A stretch of DNA of 52,137 nt from a virus (lineage: Duplodnaviria; Heunggongvirae; Uroviricota; Caudoviricetes): the IMG/VR virus record IMGVR_UViG_2778261534_000002. One strand, 5' to 3'. The notes below the pieces were generated by a model. That model searched no databases, was not told where the DNA came from, and saw nothing but the letters and a program-made list of their open reading frames with translations. Shown piece by piece: positions 20,429 to 27,479 of this stretch. The position numbers and the translations under genes are program-made. Positions within the stretch are counted from its first letter, which is position 1; each line of letters opens with the position of its first letter.

Positions 20429-20724
20429 GCAAAAAATATTATGTGAGTCTGGCGTTCGCTGACGATGCGGGGAGGACGCGGAGTATCACGTTGAGCACAC
20501 CGGTTAAGGCTGTGACAGCGCCGTTAATCCGTGAAGCTCTCAGAGAGCTGGAATTGGGTGAAAACTCGGCACTGTTGTCGGTTAGTTGGTTAGGGAAAAT
20601 GTCAGAGAAACAATACGTGGATGGAGTTACCCCAATAACAGTAATGAGGCTACTTTCATTGCTGCAATGGGCCATCGTACCTGTATTTATCGCGTATCTT
20701 ATTTATCAGGCTGCAACACAGTAA
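20410..20724 (+). CDS. hypothetical protein with C-terminal transmembrane helix
   Basis: 104 aa; hydrophobic C-terminus LLSLLQWAIVPVFIAYLIY; followed by strong terminator. Confidence 0.4.
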   Translation: MGVCTLSKKYYVSLAFADDAGRTRSITLSTPVKAVTAPLIREALRELELGENSALLSVSWLGKMSEKQYVDGVTPITVMRLLSLLQWAIVPVFIAYLIYQAATQ

Positions 20725-20730
20725 TTGCAT

Positions 20731-20758
20731 AAAAACCCGCCAATTAGCGGGTTTTTTG
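20731..20758. terminator. rho-independent terminator
   Basis: ACCCGC-caatta-GCGGGT followed by TTTTTTG; A-run upstream allows bidirectional use. Confidence 0.8.
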
Positions 20759-20798
20759 TTTATTGCATCTTCCGGTACCGCCATCAAACTAATAAAAT

Positions 20799-20813
20799 AT
20801 GTTAGAAAACTAA
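20799..20813. promoter_or_regulatory. operator-like 15-bp motif (consensus copy)
   Basis: ATGTTAGAAAACTAA, identical 15-mer also at 42923 and as reverse complement at 31428 and 48523. Confidence 0.45.
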
Positions 20814-20822
20814 TTTAACAAA

Positions 20823-22046
20823 GTGACGGGAACAGCAATGAGTCAACACACTGATACTTCTAATCTGGAAATTATCTCGACAGCAATTGAAACGCTGCGC
20901 ACACAAATCGCTCTTATACAGAAACGGAATCCGGGTGATGACCTGTCAAAGCGACTGCACGAGAGTGTCATTGCCACTACAGATAACCTGGTGGCGGAAA
21001 TCAACAAGCTGCTTGATGATGGGGCAGTTGATTACAATAAGCTGGTGGATCAGTTTGAGGAATACCAACAAGCCGTTAATGATGGCTTGATCCGTTTTTC
21101 ACAAGTCACAGGCGTATCAGCGACAGTTGAAAGCCTGGGTGATGCAGTTAATCAATTTGCCGCGAATATGCGTAATGAGATCGGCAATCTGGAAGCGCGT
21201 CTTGAACAGGCAAATACACTGCGTAAATCTGCCGAAGCCGATTTGAACCGTTACAAAAAAGACTATCCGCCCAGCCTGACAAAGCGGCTGGATGTTGCGG
21301 AGAAGGATAACCGCGCGCTGAAAAGAGAGCGCCGGGAACTAAAAGAGCGTTTAACCAAGCTCAATCAGCAATGCATTGATTATCAAGGCGAAGGCGTCAC
21401 ACTGCGTAAAAAGTTGGCTACAGCGCAGAGCATTATCGAAACATTAAAGCGAGAGTGCTCACAGCTTGGTCACGATCTGAACCGTGCTTGTGGCATGGGA
21501 CAAAGACCAGAGACATTTCCACTCATGTATGATGGAAGGGATGCCATTGCCTACATCCATGAGTATCCGCACGGCCTGGTTGCGGAAACAGGGCAGCGTG
21601 GCGAAGCACTGTTGACGGCTAATTACCATCAACAAATCAGAACCAATCGCCTGTTAACGATGGATGTGATCCCATCGGTATGGGGAACGCCGCTTTACTA
21701 TCGCCTGCCGGGCTTCGAAAAGGACTGGAATACCGACATAGACGAATGTCTCGCAGATAAAATTATGGCGTACCTGGAGACGGATTTTCCGCGCTTATAT
21801 CGCCGGATTATGGACTCTAAGGATGCGCCAATCGATGAATTAAAAATGCGTCCGGAGACGCTGGAGGCAATCAAGCAGACGGAGTTTGATACTGTATTCA
21901 GTGTGGCCTGCATTCCAAGCTGTTTCCATGAAAGCATCCCGTTCATGCAAGGAGATCGTCGTCAGGAAATCATTGACGCTTGCCGGGTATGGGCGAACGA
22001 ATGGGATAAGAAGAATGGGGGTGTAGAAGATCTTTATGGGAAATAA
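20823..22046 (+). CDS. hypothetical protein, N-terminal coiled coil
   Basis: 407-aa ORF (probable start ATG 20838); coiled-coil N-half, Cys/His-containing C-half; no recognizable catalytic motif. Confidence 0.5.
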   Translation: MTGTAMSQHTDTSNLEIISTAIETLRTQIALIQKRNPGDDLSKRLHESVIATTDNLVAEINKLLDDGAVDYNKLVDQFEEYQQAVNDGLIRFSQVTGVSATVESLGDAVNQFAANMRNEIGNLEARLEQANTLRKSAEADLNRYKKDYPPSLTKRLDVAEKDNRALKRERRELKERLTKLNQQCIDYQGEGVTLRKKLATAQSIIETLKRECSQLGHDLNRACGMGQRPETFPLMYDGRDAIAYIHEYPHGLVAETGQRGEALLTANYHQQIRTNRLLTMDVIPSVWGTPLYYRLPGFEKDWNTDIDECLADKIMAYLETDFPRLYRRIMDSKDAPIDELKMRPETLEAIKQTEFDTVFSVACIPSCFHESIPFMQGDRRQEIIDACRVWANEWDKKNGGVEDLYGK

Positions 22047-22047
22047 T

Positions 22048-22062
22048 GTGTTAGAAATCTAA
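22048..22062. promoter_or_regulatory. operator-like 15-bp motif
   Basis: GTGTTAGAAATCTAA. Confidence 0.35.
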
Positions 22063-22203
22063 AATCACAATTCGAATGTATTGATTGTGGAGATAACTTA
22101 ACATAGAATTTTCCTTGCTGGTGGGCAGTACCCACGTTTCGCTTGCTGGGCTTGATAGTCACTTATTGGTTATTGTTCGCCCACCAGCATTTAACAAATT
22201 AAA

Positions 22204-22218
22204 GTGTTAGAAAAGGAT
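22204..22218. promoter_or_regulatory. operator-like 15-bp motif
   Basis: GTGTTAGAAAAGGAT. Confidence 0.35.
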
Positions 22219-22699
22219 GGTAATGCAAGAGCACGCTTTGGCACCGTGCAGGCCAAAGTTCAGCAGGTTTAGTGCGGAAAGTGGTTTCAGAGAGAGCACT
22301 TTGCGGAGTAAACGACAATACATGTTGAGCCACGGAAGGTCTTTTTAAGGTGTTCATTGATGATGGTCCGGCAGAGAGTAACGGTACATGCTGCATCTAA
22401 TCATCAATGCACATCTTCAACATTAAGGAGGCATAGGGATTTTTGTGGCGGTTACCTTTTGCCCTGAGTCTCCTTAATGTTGCGGTAATGCACCTATGCG
22501 GATGTGGCCTTGCATTGTGTCTTGAAAGAATGGGGTAAGGCCGGGGATATCCCCAGGGGGAGGCACCCCCGCTGCAACGAACAGCCACAGACGGCAGTCG
22601 AGTGATGGAAACGTGTAAAGACTTTAAACCTCGTTACGGCTGGCGTGGCAAACGCGACAACCGAGACAGAGCGGTGACGGGCGGAGAGAGTGCCGCATC

Positions 22700-22820
22700 A
22701 AGAAAGAAGCCGACTTGTGATCCCTTTCTGCGGGCATTTGAAAGTGAATCCAGCTCAGGCAGTCGGCTTCTTTCTTGTGTGAGATGTAGCGTATTTGCCC
22801 ATCTTCGGGTGGGCTTTTTT
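22700..22820 (+). ncRNA. candidate structured small RNA
   Basis: perfect 16-bp inverted repeat AAGAAAGAAGCCGACT (22700-22715) / AGTCGGCTTCTTTCTT (22761-22776) around a 45-nt loop, then hairpin GCCCA-N8-TGGGC plus TTTTTT (22797-22820). Confidence 0.3.
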
Positions 22821-23280
22821 AGGGTTTTCGTCATGGTTAGCGACTTTGCGGCGGTTTAGAAACCGACCATTAAAGTAAATGCAAACGATGATCTGATGAT
22901 GGTAGCGGCCTAAGAAGCCAGACGCCACGGGGTATGAGTCGTCCCCCGTCAAAAAATCGACCGCAGAGTGTCCCCGTCTGTGTATTAGGGAACGGGGAGG
23001 CATAACAGGCAAGGGCGCTGGTGTGATTAACCAGATGAATGAGAAGGGTCAGGTCTTTCTGGTCAGCGCCCTTACCTGTTACGTCCCTCCCGCGTAACAG
23101 CCATTGATTAATGGCTTTCTGGGATAACATCCTACTACGGGTATATCCCGTCATGCTGAAGGCGCTAATCACGCTGGAAGCCAGGGTTGTGCATCCCCTG
23201 TTACCGAATTGCAGCCAGGGCGCGGTGCGCCGAAAAGCATACGGAGGTGGAAGCCCTCGCCGGAGACGTACCCGGCAAGT

Positions 23281-23357
23281 GATGGTGTAGCTCAGTAGGA
23301 TAGAGCAGCAGCCTTCTAAGCTGTCGGTCGGTGGTTCGAATCCACCCACCATCGCCA
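23281..23357 (+). tRNA. tRNA-Arg (anticodon UCU)
   Basis: 77 nt; 7-bp acceptor stem GATGGTG/CACCATC, anticodon loop CTTCTAA, T-loop GGTTCGAATCC, 3' CCA. Confidence 0.9.
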
Positions 23358-23362
23358 ATTTA

Positions 23363-23449
23363 GGGGAGTTAGTCCGTAGGGGTAGCGGGGTAGACTGTAA
23401 ATCTACTGTCATTGCGACTCGGGTGGTTCGACTCCATCACTCCCCACCA
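23363..23449 (+). tRNA. tRNA-Tyr (anticodon GUA), long variable arm
   Basis: 87 nt; acceptor GGGGAGT/ACTCCCC, anticodon arm GTAGA-CTGTAAA-TCTAC, variable-arm stem GTC/GAC, 3' CCA; D-arm atypical. Confidence 0.7.
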
Positions 23450-23453
23450 AATT

Positions 23454-23529
23454 GCCGGTTTAGCTCAGTTGGTAGAGCGCCTGCCTTGTAAGCAGGATGT
23501 CAGCGGTTCGAGTCCGTTAACCGGCACCA
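23454..23529 (+). tRNA. tRNA-Thr (anticodon UGU)
   Basis: 76 nt; TAGCTCAGTTGGTAGAGC D-arm, anticodon loop CTTGTAA, T-loop GGTTCGAGTCC, 3' CCA. Confidence 0.9.
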
Positions 23530-23580
23530 ACACAACAGGTAAGGGCATTCTCCCTTATGGGGCTTGGCTTAAATGCATCG

Positions 23581-23609
23581 AGTGCTCTTACCGTTGTGAT
23601 GAAGTGCAG
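23581..23609. repeat. 30-nt spacer repeat, copy 1
   Basis: AGTGCTCTTACCGTTGTGATGAAGTGCAG; related copies at 23811 and 24112. Confidence 0.5.
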
Positions 23610-23724
23610 CTCTTTGAAGCAACCAGAAGATAAGCATCTGGCTTCACAACATAAACCGCAGGAACGACCAATAAACGGTAGTCCGTATGGAGAACACCCC
23701 GTTGAGGAAGAGGCCTGGCCGGAA

Positions 23725-23741
23725 CCGTAACCGGCACCACA
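23725..23741. repeat. duplicated tRNA-Thr 3' end fragment
   Basis: CCGTAACCGGCACCAC repeats the 3' end of tRNA-Thr (CCGTTAACCGGCACCA, 23514-23529) about 210 nt downstream. Confidence 0.45.
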
Positions 23742-23810
23742 ACGTTGAGAACACTGGCGTAACGGGGTCATATCCCAATCTATGAATAAATGTTGCGTTG
23801 CAGCGTGACA

Positions 23811-23844
23811 ACCAGTGTTCTCAACATTGTGGTGAATGCACAGG
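23811..23844. repeat. 30-nt spacer repeat, copy 2
   Basis: CCAGTGTTCTCAACATTGTGGTGAATGCACAGG; its first 16 nt are also the reverse complement of AACGTTGAGAACACTGG at 23741-23757 (large stem-loop). Confidence 0.45.
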
Positions 23845-23931
23845 CTGATGTGCCGCAACTACAGTAGTGCGCGCTTTGCGGGGCTTGCTACAACCCTGTG
23901 TCGGAGTTCAGCACCGACCATCACAATCACT

Positions 23932-24018
23932 GGAGAGTAGGGAGCATGGTGCTCAAGCGGTCTTGAAAACCGTCCCATTGCGCAAGCGATGATGGTTCGA
24001 TTCCATTACTCTCCGCCA
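23932..24018 (+). tRNA. tRNA-Ser (anticodon UGA), long variable arm
   Basis: 87 nt; acceptor GGAGAGT/ACTCTCC, anticodon loop CTTGAAA, T-loop GGTTCGATTCC, 3' CCA. Confidence 0.85.
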
Positions 24019-24111
24019 GTGCAACGTTAAGAGTATTTGGCTAATTAAGCGAATGCCGGAAGCAGAACCGGATCACCAAATGCGTACAGGCGTCATCGCC
24101 GCCCAGCCAGC

Positions 24112-24142
24112 CAAGTGCTCTTACCATTGCGGTGAATGCGGC
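24112..24142. repeat. 30-nt spacer repeat, copy 3
   Basis: CAAGTGCTCTTACCATTGCGGTGAATGCGGC. Confidence 0.5.
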
Positions 24143-24281
24143 TAAGCGCACGCGGAACAGTTAAAACAATCCTCCTTAGTGGTTAAGTCAAACATCCCGG
24201 CGTTAATTGTTAACTGGTTAACGTCACCTGGAGGCACCAGGCACCGCAGCTTTTTTATTCGGTAAATAATGGAGTGAGAGG

Positions 24282-24518
24282 ATGCAGAACAATCCGAACA
24301 AATGTCGAACGCTATGGGTGCGGTTATATATTTATGTCGTCCTCTGTTTGATTGTGTCACTGGTTCTGTATGTTTGGCTTTTGCCAAATATGATCTCATC
24401 TGACAGCACAATACTTGTATTGTTGGGAGTCCTTCTCGCGCTCATTTACCCGGCTTTTGCAGTAGTCTTTTTTCGTGAAAAAACCAGGAAATTGATTAAT
24501 GAAAAAAACGTTGATTAG
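24282..24518 (+). CDS. small integral membrane protein
   Basis: 78 aa, two hydrophobic helices, SD GGAGTGAGAGG before ATG; overlaps start of the SPFH lipoprotein gene. Confidence 0.45.
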   Translation: MQNNPNKCRTLWVRLYIYVVLCLIVSLVLYVWLLPNMISSDSTILVLLGVLLALIYPAFAVVFFREKTRKLINEKNVD

Positions 24519-25326
24519 TGCAGCGATTATTTTTGGTTCTTTATGTCTGACCGGATGCGATCGGGTAGAGCCAGGTAACGTAGGGATCAAAGTAAATAAG
24601 CTGGGGGATGATAAAGGTATCGGTGAAGTAGTTGGCGTTGGTCGCTACTGGACAGGCTTGAATACTGAAGTTTATATCTTCCCGACCTTTAAGCAAATGA
24701 AGACATACGATGAGCCGTTCAGCTTCCAGATGAGCGACGGAACAACCATTGGTTACCACATCGGCGTAGCCTACAAGGTTGATCCAGCAAAAGTCACAAC
24801 GGTATTTCAGACCTATCGCAAAGGTGTAGATGATATTACTGATACCGATCTACGCCAGAAGGTTGCAGATGCTCTGAACCGGTTAGCCAGCAAAATGACC
24901 ACCGACAAATTTATCGACGGTGGCAAATCTGAATTGCTTGATGCAGCCCTTAAAGACATTCAGGAAGAAATGACGCCCATCGGTATTCAGGTAATGAGCC
25001 TCTCATATGTGGGCAAGCCGGAGTACCCGCCAACCGTTATCGACAGCATTAATGCCAAAGTCACGGCGAACCAGAAAACTCTGCAACGCGAGCAGGAAGT
25101 CAAGCAACGCGAAGCAGAAGCCAACATGCTGCGCGCAGAAGCTGCTGGACAGGCCGATGCCATTCGCACAAAAGCCCAGGCTGAAGCTGATGCCATTCGT
25201 TTACGCGGTGAGGCTCTGCGCCAGAACCCCGGCGTTATGGAGTTGGAAGCGATCAACAAATGGAACGGAACGCTACCGCAGTATATGACCAGTAATACCG
25301 CTGTTCCGTTTGTTCCGGTGAAATAA
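24499..25326 (+). CDS. SPFH/band-7 (prohibitin-like) lipoprotein
   Basis: 275 aa; signal peptide with lipobox LTGC; SPFH-like core followed by Ala/Glu-rich coiled-coil tail. Confidence 0.65.
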   Translation: MKKTLISAAIIFGSLCLTGCDRVEPGNVGIKVNKLGDDKGIGEVVGVGRYWTGLNTEVYIFPTFKQMKTYDEPFSFQMSDGTTIGYHIGVAYKVDPAKVTTVFQTYRKGVDDITDTDLRQKVADALNRLASKMTTDKFIDGGKSELLDAALKDIQEEMTPIGIQVMSLSYVGKPEYPPTVIDSINAKVTANQKTLQREQEVKQREAEANMLRAEAAGQADAIRTKAQAEADAIRLRGEALRQNPGVMELEAINKWNGTLPQYMTSNTAVPFVPVK

Positions 25327-25339
25327 CCAAATAGATAAC

Positions 25340-25471
25340 ATGATGGAATTTTGGACGTTTGCCGACAAGAACCCTTGGTGGACATTTTTATTTCTGCTGG
25401 TGGTTGCATATGGGGTCGAGCAAGCAGCAAAAGCCTTACGCGGTCCTGGCAAAAAGCGTAAGCGGAATTAA
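25340..25471 (+). CDS. small membrane protein (43 aa)
   Basis: MMEFWTFADKNPWWTFLFLLVVAYGV...KKRKRN; single TM helix with basic tail; below the ORF-track length cutoff; found by eye. Confidence 0.3.
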   Translation: MMEFWTFADKNPWWTFLFLLVVAYGVEQAAKALRGPGKKRKRN

Positions 25472-25480
25472 CAGTAATCT

Positions 25481-25556
25481 GGCCCTTTAGCTCAGTGGTT
25501 AGAGCTGGCGACTCATAATCGCACGGTCACCGGTTCAAGTCCGGTAGGGGCCACCA
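25481..25556 (+). tRNA. tRNA-Ile2 (anticodon CAU, lysidine type) or tRNA-Met
   Basis: 76 nt; very close to E. coli ileX-type sequence as recalled (GGCCC.TTAGCTCAGTGGTTAGAGC...CTCATAA...GGTTCAAGTCC...GGGGCCACCA). Confidence 0.85.
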
Positions 25557-26010
25557 TATTTGGTTGTAACACGGCGTCTGGCACATGCGTCGTTAGCGGT
25601 CTGGTGACGTTAAAGGGGTATCTTTGACTCTTGCTCAGGCAAACGGACCAGGTAGCCGGAATGTGCAAGCCCCGATAACAGTGGCGGACCGAGGACTCAC
25701 CATCCTGGCGATTCGGTGTGACAGCCGGAAGAGCACGGCGCACAACAGGAAAAGGCGTTTAATTAGCGTGAGCGCCGTTTCCGTTGTGGTAATTGCGGCT
25801 ATGCGCTCGTGACGAAGCCATTTTTATTCACTACGTTCTGATAAGTGACGTCGCCAGGAGTGGCTAACCTGGCAGGTGGAGGCACCACCGCCACAACTCC
25901 TTTCAATTCATCATATAGCCGCTCAGGCTGTACCCCTTAATTAATACGAATTTACGACATCACTACCGGCACTTCCGGGGGATAGTCGCGCGTGTAAAAA
26001 AGGAGACGTT

Positions 26011-26586
26011 ATGTTAATGGCGAACGATAACGCATATGCAGAAGAAGATCTCATTTTGAGTGACTTCATAGGGAAGCGGGAACGCTGGACCCAAAAGCGA
26101 GAGGAACTTTACGCCTCATTAGTTCGCAAAGGCGTCAATATCGAAACCGCACAGAGCGGCGATATGACAGTGGTAAGCGTTGGATTGCACGGTGTAAGCG
26201 TGTCAGCAATCAATCATGAGCCATACGTTGCGTTATCCGAGTCAATGGTAAGGTTAGTTAAGTTCCTGAAGTACACAGAAGCGAATAATGTAATCATTGG
26301 CAAAAAGAATATCCCTTTTTCCTCGGCTTTTTACTGGATGATGAAAGGGCTTGATGCCCGGCGGACATCATGGCCTAAAGGGAGCTATATATCGATGTTC
26401 CGTGGCAGCATTGGCAGCAAAGAAAAGCTCTTCGAATTCTTGCCGGAAGAGGCATTCGATATTGTGGAAGGGTGCGATGTGATGGTGATGCCTCGCCTGG
26501 TAATGATGAATGGGGATTTACAGGCGCAGACAGACTGGTTTGCAACTGGTGTGGATATTATCGCGACTGACTGGGAGGCTTTCTGA
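26011..26586 (+). CDS. hypothetical protein with C-terminal DUF2829-like domain
   Basis: 191 aa; C-terminal ~90 aa carry KGLDARRTSW ... IIATDWEAF signature. Confidence 0.45.
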   Translation: MLMANDNAYAEEDLILSDFIGKRERWTQKREELYASLVRKGVNIETAQSGDMTVVSVGLHGVSVSAINHEPYVALSESMVRLVKFLKYTEANNVIIGKKNIPFSSAFYWMMKGLDARRTSWPKGSYISMFRGSIGSKEKLFEFLPEEAFDIVEGCDVMVMPRLVMMNGDLQAQTDWFATGVDIIATDWEAF

Positions 26587-26978
26587 TGTACGGGACTACC
26601 AAATTAAGCACTCAACAGGCCACCAATATGGAGTGGTCTATCGCTAACTGTAAGATCGTGTCATGCAATGCCACGCGTACTGATGTGGGCCATAAAAGCA
26701 CTATAACAGGCTATCTAGTAATGACCACCAGGGGGATGAGGGTTAGATTTCGCTGGAAAGCAGAGCAAGTAACGCCATTCAGAGAGCCATCAATGCCGCT
26801 GCAGGTTGAGCAGGATTATCTATGTTTACCAGAAATAGATGGAGGAATGCTGGTGGAGTCTGATGGTAGTAAGGCTGATTTTGAAGCCAATTTGAAGCTG
26901 GCACAGGCCGTAATCAATAGTTATCGCGGAAAGTGGATCGCAAAAGTGAAACATGTTGTTCGTTTGTCTCGCTGGTAG
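26586..26978 (+). CDS. hypothetical protein
   Basis: 130-aa ORF whose start overlaps the preceding stop; no recognizable motif. Confidence 0.4.
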   Translation: MYGTTKLSTQQATNMEWSIANCKIVSCNATRTDVGHKSTITGYLVMTTRGMRVRFRWKAEQVTPFREPSMPLQVEQDYLCLPEIDGGMLVESDGSKADFEANLKLAQAVINSYRGKWIAKVKHVVRLSRW

Positions 26979-27086
26979 TATTAGGTGTTTAATATTAATT
27001 TTCTAATACAATCATCTTTTTACCAGTCTATACAGTTTTAACATTCTCATTATCATCCCCTCGGTCATTTCCTGCCCGGGGGATTA

Positions 27087-27479
27087 ATGGAACAAATCAG
27101 CAGCGCAGAAATTGCGGATATCATGATCAGGGCTGACTGCTATCTGACAGTCACTGAAATTACCACTCTCGCCAAAGAAAAATACCCTCATCTCCATGTT
27201 TCACGAGTAAGTGTAACTAACATCATTCGTCATTTTGTTCGTTCAAGCAGGGCAATCTGTGAGCTGGATGATCGTGTGTATCCACGAAAATACTGGCTAC
27301 ATGGTCTGAACGGATATCAGTTCAAGGTGCGCGGGCGCACGCCTGAATACGGTAGCTTACTGGTTAAAAACTGTAGCAGGAAATCAGTCGAACAGGCGCG
27401 AAAAGAGCAACGAGAGCTGGTGGACATGGCGAATAAGCTGTGGAATGCCGCCGTTAAAAAGCGTGGTGTTGCTTTATGA
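27087..27479 (+). CDS. Lpa-like late promoter activator (tentative)
   Basis: 130 aa immediately upstream of pacA and overlapping its start, the position of lpa (gene 10) in P1; no motif-level support. Confidence 0.3.
   Translation: MEQISSAEIADIMIRADCYLTVTEITTLAKEKYPHLHVSRVSVTNIIRHFVRSSRAICELDDRVYPRKYWLHGLNGYQFKVRGRTPEYGSLLVKNCSRKSVEQARKEQRELVDMANKLWNAAVKKRGVAL

Noticed and set aside
22602-22859. 85-aa plus-strand ORF
   Set aside because: Reads through a perfect 16-bp stem-loop and an intrinsic terminator; the sRNA interpretation is preferred, though not proven.
22870-23412. 180-aa minus-strand ORF from the six-frame track
   Set aside because: Overlaps tRNA-Arg and tRNA-Tyr and lies in hairpin-rich non-coding sequence; almost certainly not coding.
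24227-24256. Possible terminator after the tRNA-Ser spacer (CCTGG-aggca-CCAGG then T6)
   Set aside because: Nine nucleotides separate the hairpin from the T-run, so it is not a canonical intrinsic terminator; left unannotated.
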